DNA from: an uncultured Subdoligranulum sp.
Lineage (GTDB): Bacteria > Bacillota > Clostridia > Christensenellales > CAG-314
DNA: 64,000 nucleotides
Assembly: GCA_902496185.1 (NCBI GenBank)
Contig: CABUZX010000004.1
Span: forward strand, 6,878 to 70,877
Direction of reading: 5' to 3'
Every line of letters starts with the position of its first letter. Within the stretch, counting starts at the first letter, position 1. The notes under the pieces are model-generated. The model saw only the letters and a list, made by a program, of their open reading frames with translations. It ran no database searches and was not told where the DNA came from. The position numbers and the translations under genes are program-made. Shown piece after piece: positions 37,707 through 48,181 of this stretch.

Positions 37707-38219
37707 AATTATTGCGACAAATCGCCACAATCTTTCTTGATCTTGTTTACTTGCATAACCTATCCCAACGCGCGGTTTTGCTACGGTTTTTGGACGATAT
37801 CCGTCGTCTTCAAGCCATATTTCGTCACCCAAAAGCGACGCTGTGTTAAACTTGCGCGTAATCCCCAAGGCTTTAGTTGCTTTGCCCGGTCCGTTTGCGC
37901 CCTCAACCGCTCTAATAAGTACGGCTTCGGGGTGATTTTGCGCTCCCGTCACAACGTTAAACAACTCGTGTATGCCGTAACATAAGTAAACATAAGCAAT
38001 ACCGCCCCTTTCAAAAAGCGGAGCAGTACGCTTTGTTTTGCCCTTGTGCGCGTGACAAGCAGTGTCTTCTTCTCCAAAGTAGCACTCCGTTTCGGTAATA
38101 CGCAGTTTTTTGATTGTTCCGTCTTCCGTTTTGACGCAAAGCAACTTGCCTACAATCTGCGGAGCAAGTTCCGTTGCCTCTTTGTCATAAAAGTCTTGTT
38201 TAAGTTTGTTTTTTGTCAT
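37704..38219 (-). CDS. mpg: DNA-3-methyladenine glycosylase (Mpg/AAG family)
   Basis: LAPQIVGKLL, ITETECYFGEEDTACHAHKGKT and GIAYVYLCYG motifs. Confidence 0.88.
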   Translation of the reverse strand: MTKNKLKQDFYDKEATELAPQIVGKLLCVKTEDGTIKKLRITETECYFGEEDTACHAHKGKTKRTAPLFERGGIAYVYLCYGIHELFNVVTGAQNHPEAVLIRAVEGANGPGKATKALGITRKFNTASLLGDEIWLEDDGYRPKTVAKPRVGIGYASKQDQERLWRFVAII

Positions 38220-38220
38220 A

Positions 38221-41200
38221 TTAAAATTTAATAATTTTTCCGTCCAGCACGGAAACTACCACCGCTTGAGCGGGGATTTTAAGACATTTTTCTACCGCCA
38301 ACTTGTAGCTGTTGAGTTGTTTTTGGTAACGCTCCTTAATCAAGTCAGAGCGCCCCGTCACTTTAAAGTCTACCACTATTGCGCTATTTTGCTTAATCAC
38401 CAAAAGATCAACGACGCCCTGTAGCATAATTTCGTCGTCAAATCCTTCGCCGAACAACTCGTCATAAGGCAAGGTCGTCAAAAACGGAATTTCTCTAAAA
38501 CACTTTCCATCGGCAATCAATTCTACAAACTGACGGCTTGCAAGCGTCTTTAAAATACTGTTTAAATCAATCTTTTGAGCCACCGATTGATCAATCCAAC
38601 CTTTTTCAACGAGAGTATCAACGGTGTTTTGCAAGCTTTTTAAATTTACGTCGTACAAATCGCAGGTTTCAAAAATCTTGTGATACGCTTTGCCGAGTTG
38701 AGCTTTGTCCTCCGCTAATATTGTATCGCTATCGGTTTTTTCTAAACTTTCGCCGTCCGCAAGATAAACGGCTTGAGCTTGCGAGTCTTCTTCCGCGCTT
38801 TCCGTCAACTTTAAAGACTTTGTCTCGTCCAACTTGCTGGACACAACCTTTAAGGGCAAATCCAACTGCGCCTTGCGCGGATACTGCCAAGCGCAATGTT
38901 TTTTGTACTGCTCAAGCAACTCTTCGTCTATATTTTGTGATTGTGTTTGCAAAACGGCTTGAGCCGTTTCTTGGGCGCAATCAAGATGGTCAAGCAAAAC
39001 CGTTTGTTGCTCAAACAATTTTTTTCCGTCCGCGGTTTGGTTTTGTAGTGGCAACCAATCGAACATTTCGGTTGCTTGAGAAGCGTCAAAAAACGGTTTT
39101 TGTAGTGATTCTTCTTTAACTGCAATACATACAAGCTTACGTTTTGCTCGAGTTGCGCCAACGTACAAAAGACGCAATTCTTCTTCCCTTTCTCTCTTTT
39201 TGATACGTTCTGCAACAAAATACTCTCTAAGTGTTTTTAGCTTTTCGCCGTTAGCGGAATATCTAACCGCTAAACCGTAATCTTTGTTTAAAATAATATT
39301 CCCGCTATCTTTTGCAGAGGAAAACTTTGAGTCTAATCCCGACAAAAATACCACGTCAAACTCCAGTCCCTTTGACGCGTGTACCGTCATAATCCTTACG
39401 GCGTCGCCAAAGACGCTCCCTGCGGAAAAATCTTCTTCGCTAAAGGAACATTCTAACACCTCCGCCACCGAAAGCGCGCTTATCGCACCAACGAAAGAAA
39501 ACAAGCGCGTACGCCTTAATTGCCCGTTGGGTAAAGCCAACACATATTTTTCGTACTGTGTTTCCTTAAACAACTCAAGCAACAACTGCCCCACTTTAAG
39601 CGTTGACTTTAACACTCCGTATTTTTCCGTCAAACGCAAAAAATCGGTACATTTTTGTTTGATTTCTTTGTTTGACAAAGGTTGCTCGGCGTAAAAAAAC
39701 ATTTTTTGCCACAAAGTAGGCTGTTCGTTGTTTTCCGCAAGAATTGCAAGGTCGTTTACTTCAAAACCGCCAATACAACTAAGCAAGGTTTGCGCCAAGG
39801 CATAATCGTCGTAATTGTTGTCCAAAACCTTAAAAAACGCCAACAAATCGCTTATTTCCTTGATAGAAACGTCTCCCTCAAGCTTAATTACGGCAGGGAT
39901 ACCTTCTCGCAAAAGTTGCTTGTAAATATCTACCGCGTCGCTTTTGATACTACGTCGCAATATTACGATATCTCCCAAGCCGACGACACTACCGTCTTCC
40001 TTCTTTTTGCCGATAAGCGCTTTTATTTTGTCGGCTATAAACTTGCCTTCTGCTCTGCCGTCGCAAAATTCTTCCGCTGATTGTTCCGTCGGATCATAAA
40101 TTTTGTCTGGGGCAAAAACTTTTTTTGTCTTGCTTTTTTTGATATGAATTACTTCTACCGCAGGCTTTTGATCGCAAATTCTTCCGTCGGAATGAGCCAC
40201 CAACATACCCGTATTAAAATAATCTGCTTTGCCAAATTGCTCGGTCATCACGTTTTTAAAAATTTCGTTAACAAAATCTGCAATTTGTCCGTTGCAACGA
40301 AAATTGTCGTTCATATACACGACTTTGTTGTTTTGCTCGTCCAACGCATATTGCTTTGCTTTGTCGGCAAAAATTTCGGGACTTGCCTGACGAAATCCGT
40401 AAATACTTTGCTTTACGTCACCCACGGCAAAAAGACTGTTGGGCTTTGCAACAAGTTGCAAAATTTGCTCCTGAATACCGTTTACGTCCTGATATTCGTC
40501 CACAAACACGTAGTCGTAACGCTGTCGTACTTGCTCGGCGGTGTCGAAATTTCGCAAAATTTTGAGCGTCATTTTTTCCAAATCGGAAAAATCCGCAACG
40601 TTTTTTTCCTTTTTTGCAAGGGCAAACTCTTTTTCAACGTCTTCGGCAAGCTTTACCAAAAACCGACAAAAATCTTCACACGTTTTGTCGAACTCGCCGT
40701 TTTGCAAGACAAGTGAAATTTCCTTTGCCTCGTCAATAAGTTTTTTTACGTCGTCAACCAACTTGTCTTGAATACAAAGCAAGTTTTGTAGCGTGTCAAA
40801 ATCACAACTAAAAATTTCTTCGTCCTTTTTGTTTTTGTTGGGAATTTTTGTTTCCAAAATGCTTTGAATATTTTTTTGCAAATCAACCTTATCGGTTGCA
40901 GTCAAGGTCGTACGGATGGTTTCTAACCTTTTTACACACCCGTCTAAGCCTGCGCTACCCATTTGAATTAACAAGCTTGACAAATTTTGCTTTAATTTTT
41001 GCGTTTTTTCAATAAACGAACGGTTAAAATACTCTAAAATCTTTTGGGTGTTGTAAAGCACAAAAGTTTGTTCAAACCAATCGGAAAGACTTTCAACGCA
41101 ACTGAAAAGTTTGTGCAATTCTTTTACGTTTTTGCGCAAAGTAGAGTCTTCGCGGTCGGTACAAAACTTTTCCACCACGTCGCACAAGTCGGAGTTTTCA

Positions 41201-41634
41201 CGATAATATTTTTCAAAAACAGTATCCGTAGCGCGCTCAAAGAGCAACTTGCTGTCTCTTTCTTCCAATATTGCAAAGTTGGGGTCTATCCCCACCACGT
41301 AAAAATATTCTCTCACTACGTCCGCGCAAAAAGAGTGAATCGTACCGATAGAACAAGCGTCGATATGCTGACTTTGCTCCAAGGTAAAATCGTCGTCGGA
41401 CTCAGTCAAAAGGTTAAACAATTTTTCCTTCATTTCCGACGCGGCAAGACGAGTAAAGGTGACTACCAACATTTTTTCCAACTCGGCGCGTTTATTTTGC
41501 ACCAAATCACGTATTCGCGTAACCATTACGGTAGTTTTGCCCGTACCCGCAGAAGCGCTCACTAAAAGATTTTGCTTTTTTGAAATATCCAACGCCAAGC
41601 GTTGATTTTGCGTAAATTTTACCTTGTCAGCCAT
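38221..41634 (-). CDS. addA: Helicase-nuclease AddAB, subunit A
   Basis: UvrD-type Walker A SASAGTGKT, DEYQD, and the C-terminal RecB-type nuclease motif (GVVDLL...VVDFK). Confidence 0.9.
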   Translation of the reverse strand: MADKVKFTQNQRLALDISKKQNLLVSASAGTGKTTVMVTRIRDLVQNKRAELEKMLVVTFTRLAASEMKEKLFNLLTESDDDFTLEQSQHIDACSIGTIHSFCADVVREYFYVVGIDPNFAILEERDSKLLFERATDTVFEKYYRENSDLCDVVEKFCTDREDSTLRKNVKELHKLFSCVESLSDWFEQTFVLYNTQKILEYFNRSFIEKTQKLKQNLSSLLIQMGSAGLDGCVKRLETIRTTLTATDKVDLQKNIQSILETKIPNKNKKDEEIFSCDFDTLQNLLCIQDKLVDDVKKLIDEAKEISLVLQNGEFDKTCEDFCRFLVKLAEDVEKEFALAKKEKNVADFSDLEKMTLKILRNFDTAEQVRQRYDYVFVDEYQDVNGIQEQILQLVAKPNSLFAVGDVKQSIYGFRQASPEIFADKAKQYALDEQNNKVVYMNDNFRCNGQIADFVNEIFKNVMTEQFGKADYFNTGMLVAHSDGRICDQKPAVEVIHIKKSKTKKVFAPDKIYDPTEQSAEEFCDGRAEGKFIADKIKALIGKKKEDGSVVGLGDIVILRRSIKSDAVDIYKQLLREGIPAVIKLEGDVSIKEISDLLAFFKVLDNNYDDYALAQTLLSCIGGFEVNDLAILAENNEQPTLWQKMFFYAEQPLSNKEIKQKCTDFLRLTEKYGVLKSTLKVGQLLLELFKETQYEKYVLALPNGQLRRTRLFSFVGAISALSVAEVLECSFSEEDFSAGSVFGDAVRIMTVHASKGLEFDVVFLSGLDSKFSSAKDSGNIILNKDYGLAVRYSANGEKLKTLREYFVAERIKKREREEELRLLYVGATRAKRKLVCIAVKEESLQKPFFDASQATEMFDWLPLQNQTADGKKLFEQQTVLLDHLDCAQETAQAVLQTQSQNIDEELLEQYKKHCAWQYPRKAQLDLPLKVVSSKLDETKSLKLTESAEEDSQAQAVYLADGESLEKTDSDTILAEDKAQLGKAYHKIFETCDLYDVNLKSLQNTVDTLVEKGWIDQSVAQKIDLNSILKTLASRQFVELIADGKCFREIPFLTTLPYDELFGEGFDDEIMLQGVVDLLVIKQNSAIVVDFKVTGRSDLIKERYQKQLNSYKLAVEKCLKIPAQAVVVSVLDGKIIKF

Positions 41635-44600
41635 CTTTTTGCTCCTTTGCCACTCTTGACACGGTTTCTCCCGTCACGCCTGAAACGCTTCTTGCAGGTT
41701 TAACGCGCGTATCGAAAAAACCACAAACGTTTTTTGCAGGACAGTACGTACACGCGTCATTAAGCGGATTGACGTCAACGTAGCCACGTTGCATCAATTC
41801 ACACGCTTTTGTAATAATTTGCTCGGCGTACGCTTGATAATCTTCAAAGGTTTCGGCATCTACAAACGTAGATGGTTTTTTGTTGACTTCTCCGCTTTTT
41901 GTGATACAAGCGCCCAACAAATCGCCCGCGCAACCCGCCCCCGCGGTATTGTCTATTTTTTTAAGAATATCTACGTCTTTAATAATTCTGCCGATAATTT
42001 TTGATTTTTTGTCGGTACTGCCGAGATTTTTAACTTTGTAATAAACCGAACCTATAGGTTTTTTAGCCAAAGCTTTTTTTACCGCCAAAGCGTAAACAAA
42101 AAGTTGTAGTTTTGTTCCGTTAAACAATTGCGCCTCGCTAAATGTCGGTTTGCCCGATTTGTAGTCGTAAATGAGCGCTTTTTCTCCGCAAACGTCTATT
42201 CTGTCGGCAATACCTTTGAGATACAATCGCTTATCCCCTACCACAATACTCGGCGAGGCGTTGTTGTGCTTGTCAAAGACAAATTCCGTCGCAAAGGGAG
42301 CAAAATCGCTGTTGTCGATTTCTTTTTTTATTTGTTGACAATGAAAAACAGCTTCCTTTTTGAGTTTGAGACAAAATGCTTTGCCCTTGTGCGTTTTGAC
42401 TATGGCTTTGTAACGCTCCTCCTGCATAAGGTCGTCAAAAATTTTGCCCGCCGTGTCGCCGTCTACGTTTTGCCCCTTGATGATTTTGTTGACAAAACGC
42501 TGAAAAACGGCGTGTAAAATATTTCCGAAGTCGGAAGAATTTAAATCGGCTACCTCCAACTCTTTTAAACCTATTCCGTTTTGCAAAAAGTGCCAAAACG
42601 GACACTCAAAAAACTTTTCTATCCGCGTAACGCTAAACGTATCGCCTTTAAAAAATAGTTTGTCACCGTTTTTAACGTCGTCAATATGCGGTTTAAAACA
42701 ACGGTACTTAGTTAGACTTTGCCCAAACAAGGACAAGCAAACAGCCTGTTCTTTGGACAAAGGAATACCGTCGTTGACGCAACCGAGAGCCAGCACCGCC
42801 TCGTCTTGCGCCGTTTTTTTGCTGACGGCAAAAGGACTAAAGGTGTTTTCTTCTATTTTAAAGGCTTTTTTTATTAACGAAACGACGGAAGACGGTCGCA
42901 ATTCGTCCTTTTGTGATTTTGTTTTATAACTTATATACAAGGTTTTTTGCGGTTCGCACAATAGGTTGTAAAGAGTAAATTTTTCCTGTCGGTTTTTTTG
43001 CGCGAGACTTATATCAATCGACAAACCGCGTTCTGAAAGCTGGCTCAAGTTTTTATCAGATAACAACGCGCAACTTTTGTACAGTTTTGGCAACTCGCCC
43101 TCGTTTGCGCCCAAGACTGCCAATACTTTTACGTCGTGATTTTTGCCCTTGTCAAGGTTGCTCACAAACACGCAGTCTGTCTTTGTTGGCAATACGGAAA
43201 TAGTTTGCGAGCCGAGCGAAGAAGTAAGCCCTACTACAAACCTATCCAAAGCAAGCGGTTGACTGCCGAAAATAATTTTTACTTGTTCTAATACGCCAAA
43301 TATCTTTTTTTGCGCCTGCAAAAGAGCCTTTGAGTCGTGCTCTTGCCCGTAAAAACGGAGTTTTTCCGCGTGGGTTGAAATTTTTTCTTCTAAATTGTGT
43401 TTTTCAAACAACTGCGTGATTAAATCAACGTAATATTCCGCCGTAGCGACTTTGGGCACTTCTTCGGCGCACAAATATTCTTGAATTTTTGCCCGCGTAA
43501 GGTCGGCGGACTCAAACAAAACGTCCTTACAGCCTATGTCAAATTTGTCGTAACGGTAGTTGACGTTGTATTTTTTACAAAAAGTTTCAAACGCCGAAAG
43601 GTTTTGATCAAACAAAGGATTTTTAGCAAACTCCAAAACCTTATCCAACTGATGATTGTGAAGGTGACTTTGCAAAAAAGACAGCGCGTACCGCGCAGGC
43701 AAGGTGTCGGCAAGCGAAGTTTTTGCATCCAAATAAAAGGGAATTTCATAGTCCCCAAAACACTTAAAAATAGCGTAGGAATATTGCGAAACGTCACTGC
43801 ACACCACCTTGACGTCGCCGTAGAGTCCGCCGTTTTTGACGTAAGCGTCGATAAACTCCGCCAAGCTCTTTGCCTCACCATTACCATCGGCCGTCACGCG
43901 GAGCACAAGTTGGTCGTTTTGGGCGGGTTTTTTTTCGATTTTTCCACCGCCGAAAAAAGCGTTAAAAACCTGCGCGGACAGCGGGCTTTTTGGCGCGCAA
44001 AAATATTCTTGTTTAAACTCTTCGCCAAGTTTTTGGCAAACGTTTTTGACGGCAAGCGCAACGGAATTGTCAAACAACGCGCTTTTGGTTTTTTGCGCGT
44101 CTACAAACGCAGGCGTTGCAACGGTGACCTCGCGACCGTTTTGAATAAGCTTTTCTAAAATACGTTTTTCCTGCTCGGTAAAACTCAAAAAATCGTAAAT
44201 ATAAAAACCCCAATTACCGATAGTTTGCGAATTTAAACAGTCCGCCAACAAATCCAAAGTGTCGGCGCTGTCAATAAACTTGTCCTTAGTTGCGTCAACG
44301 TACAAGCCGTAAAGCAACCTGACGTCTTGTAATTTGTTTTTTAAGGCTACGGGCAAATCTTGAGCCGACAAAGCTTCGGGCGAAACGCGCGAGTACTTAA
44401 AGGCGCTTATCAGTTCGTAAAGTTTTTCCGCAAAACCGTCAGTATCGAAACTTTTAGAAAAACACACAAACTGCTCGGACGCCTCAAAAGCAAGTTTGGA
44501 TAGTAAAAGTACTCCGTTTTGCTTGTTGAGATAGTTTAACGGAGTGTTTACCAAACGGTTTGCAAGATTTTTAAAGGTGACGACTTGCGTGTTGAAACTT

Positions 44601-44767
44601 CCGCCAAGAGTATTTAGCAAGGCTCTTTCGGCGTCCAAAGTGCTCCTGTCCGGCACTACGACAAAGTTTTTTGCGTCAAGGTCGGTAGGACAAAGCAAGG
44701 TTAGCTTTTTGTCAATGGCAATTTTTGCCGAACGCAAGGTATCGGTACAAATTAGAGTAGTTTTCAT
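41627..44767 (-). CDS. addB: Helicase-nuclease AddAB, subunit B
   Basis: Its size, overlap with the addA start, C-terminal nuclease (IYDYKSG) and terminal Fe-S cysteines (CTYCPAKNVC). I chose the start at ATG 44767 (MKTTLIC). Confidence 0.85.
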   Translation of the reverse strand: MKTTLICTDTLRSAKIAIDKKLTLLCPTDLDAKNFVVVPDRSTLDAERALLNTLGGSFNTQVVTFKNLANRLVNTPLNYLNKQNGVLLLSKLAFEASEQFVCFSKSFDTDGFAEKLYELISAFKYSRVSPEALSAQDLPVALKNKLQDVRLLYGLYVDATKDKFIDSADTLDLLADCLNSQTIGNWGFYIYDFLSFTEQEKRILEKLIQNGREVTVATPAFVDAQKTKSALFDNSVALAVKNVCQKLGEEFKQEYFCAPKSPLSAQVFNAFFGGGKIEKKPAQNDQLVLRVTADGNGEAKSLAEFIDAYVKNGGLYGDVKVVCSDVSQYSYAIFKCFGDYEIPFYLDAKTSLADTLPARYALSFLQSHLHNHQLDKVLEFAKNPLFDQNLSAFETFCKKYNVNYRYDKFDIGCKDVLFESADLTRAKIQEYLCAEEVPKVATAEYYVDLITQLFEKHNLEEKISTHAEKLRFYGQEHDSKALLQAQKKIFGVLEQVKIIFGSQPLALDRFVVGLTSSLGSQTISVLPTKTDCVFVSNLDKGKNHDVKVLAVLGANEGELPKLYKSCALLSDKNLSQLSERGLSIDISLAQKNRQEKFTLYNLLCEPQKTLYISYKTKSQKDELRPSSVVSLIKKAFKIEENTFSPFAVSKKTAQDEAVLALGCVNDGIPLSKEQAVCLSLFGQSLTKYRCFKPHIDDVKNGDKLFFKGDTFSVTRIEKFFECPFWHFLQNGIGLKELEVADLNSSDFGNILHAVFQRFVNKIIKGQNVDGDTAGKIFDDLMQEERYKAIVKTHKGKAFCLKLKKEAVFHCQQIKKEIDNSDFAPFATEFVFDKHNNASPSIVVGDKRLYLKGIADRIDVCGEKALIYDYKSGKPTFSEAQLFNGTKLQLFVYALAVKKALAKKPIGSVYYKVKNLGSTDKKSKIIGRIIKDVDILKKIDNTAGAGCAGDLLGACITKSGEVNKKPSTFVDAETFEDYQAYAEQIITKACELMQRGYVDVNPLNDACTYCPAKNVCGFFDTRVKPARSVSGVTGETVSRVAKEQKDG

Positions 44768-44863
44768 ACTACAATTATACTTGTAGCGGACCTTTTTGTA
44801 AAATAAATCAGGCAAATATTTGTTTTTGTTGAAATATTTTTACGCCCGTGATATAATAAGGGT

Positions 44864-45550
44864 ATGAATATTTGCGGAATTGAAAAAGTTTCCTTAGTTG
44901 ACTTTGACGGAAAAATTTGCGCAACCCTTTTTTGCCCCGGTTGCAACTTTGCTTGCCCATATTGCCACAACGGCGGAATATTGTCTGACTCTACCACGCT
45001 TTTAAATCAGGCGGAAGTTTTTGACCTTTTGACAAAACGTAAAAAAATGTTGGACGCAGTCACCGTGAGCGGTGGCGAGCCTACGCTTCAAAAAGATTTG
45101 TCTGAATTTTTAAAACAACTTAAAGATATGGGTTACGCAGTCAAACTCGACACCAACGGCAGTAATTTTGACGCGCTCAAACACGTTGTAGAAAATAAGC
45201 TCGTAGATTACGTAGCAATGGACGTAAAAAACAGCAAAGAGTGTTACACAAAAACAATAGGCAAAATAAACTTTGACCTTTCGCAAATTTTGCAAAGTAT
45301 AGAGTTTTTAAAACAAAATAAGGTGGATTACGAATTTCGCACCACTCTCGTAAAAGACTTTCATACCCAACAAAGTATTGAAAGTATGGCAACCTTGCTC
45401 AATGGCGCAAAAAAACTCTTTTTGCAAAAATTTAAACAAACGGAAACTTGCTTGTCCACGGGACTTTTGCCTGTCCCCAAAGAACAAGCAGAGCTTTTTG
45501 CGAAAATTTTACGCACAACAGTCAATCAAGTGTTTTTGCGCGGATATTAA
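44864..45550 (+). CDS. nrdG: Radical-SAM activating enzyme, anaerobic ribonucleotide reductase activase-like
   Basis: CPGCNFACPYCHN cluster motif and VSGGEPTL. There is no nrdD in the window. Confidence 0.75.
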   Translation: MNICGIEKVSLVDFDGKICATLFCPGCNFACPYCHNGGILSDSTTLLNQAEVFDLLTKRKKMLDAVTVSGGEPTLQKDLSEFLKQLKDMGYAVKLDTNGSNFDALKHVVENKLVDYVAMDVKNSKECYTKTIGKINFDLSQILQSIEFLKQNKVDYEFRTTLVKDFHTQQSIESMATLLNGAKKLFLQKFKQTETCLSTGLLPVPKEQAELFAKILRTTVNQVFLRGY

Positions 45551-45668
45551 ATCGTAAACACAAACATAAGGTTGTTAAACTGGATTTGTAACATACAAAT
45601 TAAAACGATTTCAAGTTTTTAAAATCACCAAAACGAGTAGCTTTCGTCAAAAAAAAAGGAGAAAATTT

Positions 45669-46097
45669 ATGGTATCTGTAGAAGAATTGATGGCAGGTTG
45701 TTTACACCTTACCCAACAAGAGTTAGAAGACTACGCATGGGAGAGATTTGTTCCCGTACGCGATTATTTGGAGGCCCGTCACAGCATAAAAGAAGCTAAC
45801 GATATGGTTTTTGACGCACTTGCAACCATTTGCGCAATCGACGGCGTTATTACTGAGTCGGAATTTGAAATATTACGAATGATACACGGATTTAGCTACG
45901 CCGAGCAAAAAGACGTAGAAAAAAAGGCAAAAAAATACAACAACAAAAAAGCAATGGAAAAAACTTTGCTTTTTTGCGCCAATTTGCCATATGACGAAAA
46001 ACTGTCCTTTGTTTGCTTGGCAATAGCCATACTTGCCGTGGACAAGAGATATACCGATAGAGAATTAGCGCTCTTAAAGACAATGTTAGGGTATTAA
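45669..46097 (+). CDS. Hypothetical protein, possibly TerB-like
   Basis: Two helical repeats end in acidic motifs (AIDGVITESEFEILRMI, AVDKRYTDRELALLKTM), reminiscent of the TerB/DjlA N-terminal fold. The resemblance is weak. Confidence 0.35.
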   Translation: MVSVEELMAGCLHLTQQELEDYAWERFVPVRDYLEARHSIKEANDMVFDALATICAIDGVITESEFEILRMIHGFSYAEQKDVEKKAKKYNNKKAMEKTLLFCANLPYDEKLSFVCLAIAILAVDKRYTDRELALLKTMLGY

Positions 46098-46150
46098 TTT
46101 TTATCAAAATACTACTTTTGAGATACTTTACTTTGTCTATTGACAATAGC

Positions 46151-46177
46151 AAAAAAGCACCTTTTGGGTGCTTTTTT
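46151..46177. terminator. Bidirectional terminator
   Basis: AAAAAAGCACC-TTTT-GGGTGCTTTTTT between convergent genes. Confidence 0.65.
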
Positions 46178-46210
46178 AAATTTGATTATTTAAAAACAAA
46201 ACATATATTT

Positions 46211-46684
46211 TCAACGTCGTTGGGCGAAAAAATCTTTAAGCAATTGACGACAATCGTCTTGCAAGATACCGCCCTCTACTGTCAAATTGTGATTAAGCTG
46301 ATTAAATTCGGCAAGATTTACGATACTACCGCAAACGCCACCCTTTTGGTCGTACGCGCCAAAATACACTTTTTTTATTCTTGCGTTAAAGCAAGCGCCC
46401 AAACACATTGCGCACGGCTCTAACGTCACGTACAGCTCGCAGTCGTTTAATCGCCAACTGCCGAGTTTTTTGCAAGCCGACTCAATTGCCACGATTTCTG
46501 CGTGTTTTGTAGCAATCTGCGTTTTGTCACGCTTGTTTTGCCCTGTAGACAAAACCTTGCCGTCCAAAACGACAACTGCGCCGATAGGCACTTCGCCTTT
46601 AGCGAAGGCTTTTTGGGCTTGAAGTAATGCCCGTTTCATGAATTTCGTTTGTTGATTCATTTTGTTTTGATCTCTCTTTGTCAC
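46211..46684 (-). CDS. tadA: tRNA adenosine(34) deaminase
   Basis: HAEIVAI and PCAMCLGA zinc motifs. The true start may be an internal Met (46660 or 46639), since the ORF overlaps the upstream peptidase gene. Confidence 0.9.
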   Translation of the reverse strand: MTKRDQNKMNQQTKFMKRALLQAQKAFAKGEVPIGAVVVLDGKVLSTGQNKRDKTQIATKHAEIVAIESACKKLGSWRLNDCELYVTLEPCAMCLGACFNARIKKVYFGAYDQKGGVCGSIVNLAEFNQLNHNLTVEGGILQDDCRQLLKDFFAQRR

Positions 46685-47594
46685 GACTGACGGTGTTGAG
46701 CAACCGACGCGGAATATCTACGTTTTTGTTGTAAATATCTTCAAACTGCGTATAAGGATAAGGATGACCGTACTTGTCACTCCCCACTTCTACCGTAAGC
46801 GACGGAATCCCAAGCCTCAAAATACACCAATCCTTGTATCCACCGCAACTGCCCGCCTCGTTTGCCACGAGCTTATAACCCGTCAACTGCGAAACACTTT
46901 TTGCAATTTTGTAATGATACCACAACTGTTGCTTATTTTGCTGAAAAAACCGCCAAAAAATAACTTCTCCCTTGCAGTGATAATTGATTGTAGCAAGCGG
47001 ATTTACCGACAAAGTCAAGCGCATAAGGTTTTTTGTCTCGATTTCGCTATGCGGAGCTTTACCGACGTAATTTGCCGGAGACTTAAAAAACAAATTGCTC
47101 TTGCCTTGCCCCCAACGCGCGTCAAAGTTGACGTTTAAATCCACGCCGTTGGCGTTGGCTTTCCATAGAGAAAAATCCGTACCGCCGTTGATTTTTATAA
47201 GGTTTTTTTTGAGTTGCTTGTCGGCAACAAACCCGACGCCCTCTTGAACCAATCTTACTCCGTCAACGTTTATCATCGGCACAAAATAAATTCCACCGTC
47301 AAGTTTTGCAGATGGGTTTTTTAACAAATGCTTTGCTTGATTGACCACCAACAGCGCCGTAATATGCTCCCGCGCGTGTATGGAGCCCGTCACTATAATG
47401 CAGTCTTTTTGCTTGTCTCCAATAAAAACATAGGGGATTTCTTGCCCCAACGCGCTTTTGCCGATAATACCTGTTTCTACCCCACGACGGGCAAATTCTT
47501 CCGTCTCTTTCAACAAATCAAAATATCCAAACACGTCGTCACCACCTTTTTGAGTCTCTTTTATGTTATGCTGTTTTTTAACACAAAGTGACAA
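46599..47594 (-). CDS. M14-family zinc carboxypeptidase (gamma-D-glutamyl-diamino acid peptidase-like)
   Basis: The HAREH zinc-binding motif (TGSIHAREHIT) and its size. The start codon is uncertain. Confidence 0.75.
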   Translation of the reverse strand: MSLCVKKQHNIKETQKGGDDVFGYFDLLKETEEFARRGVETGIIGKSALGQEIPYVFIGDKQKDCIIVTGSIHAREHITALLVVNQAKHLLKNPSAKLDGGIYFVPMINVDGVRLVQEGVGFVADKQLKKNLIKINGGTDFSLWKANANGVDLNVNFDARWGQGKSNLFFKSPANYVGKAPHSEIETKNLMRLTLSVNPLATINYHCKGEVIFWRFFQQNKQQLWYHYKIAKSVSQLTGYKLVANEAGSCGGYKDWCILRLGIPSLTVEVGSDKYGHPYPYTQFEDIYNKNVDIPRRLLNTVSRDKERSKQNESTNEIHETGITSSPKSLR

Positions 47595-47686
47595 CGTAGG
47601 ATAAATTTTTTTATGGAGCGTACTCCTTGTACGTGACCGTAGGCAATACGCAAGTTTGACACAGTAATGCGAAGCGTATAATCCGT

Positions 47687-48157
47687 TTACTTGTGGTAGG
47701 GAGAATTATTGTTGATACCAAACCCGCGATAAATTTGTTCTACAAGCACTACTCTAAACAATTGATGAGGTAGAGTTATTTTGCCAAAAGAAACCAAACA
47801 ATCGGCGCGTTGTTTTACGGACTCGTCCACGCCGTGACTACTACCGATAACAAAGGTTGCTTTGCCAAAATCTATGGAAGCTTTTTTTAACAATTGCGCA
47901 AACTCGACGGAGTCCGTTTGTTTGCCGAGCCTATCCAGCACTATCGTCATGCCTTCCGCCTTTTTTAAAATAACCTTAGCTTCTTCCGCAAGGGCTTTTT
48001 GAATATCCGAAAAACTCTCGCCACCAAGCCGAGATTCGGGGATTTCCTCAATACAAAAATCACAAAAGCGCGAAAGGCGTTTTTTGTATTCCGCAAGCGC
48101 TTTTTCAAAATAATCTTCTTTAATTTTGCCAACGCAAAGAACTTTTATTTTTAACAT
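47687..48157 (-). CDS. rlmH: 23S rRNA (pseudouridine1915-N3)-methyltransferase
   Basis: SPOUT fold, 156 aa, with the typical C-terminal LPHQLFRVVLVEQIYR. Confidence 0.9.
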   Translation of the reverse strand: MLKIKVLCVGKIKEDYFEKALAEYKKRLSRFCDFCIEEIPESRLGGESFSDIQKALAEEAKVILKKAEGMTIVLDRLGKQTDSVEFAQLLKKASIDFGKATFVIGSSHGVDESVKQRADCLVSFGKITLPHQLFRVVLVEQIYRGFGINNNSPYHK

Positions 48158-48181
48158 TTTTTATTATTCTTTATAAATTTG

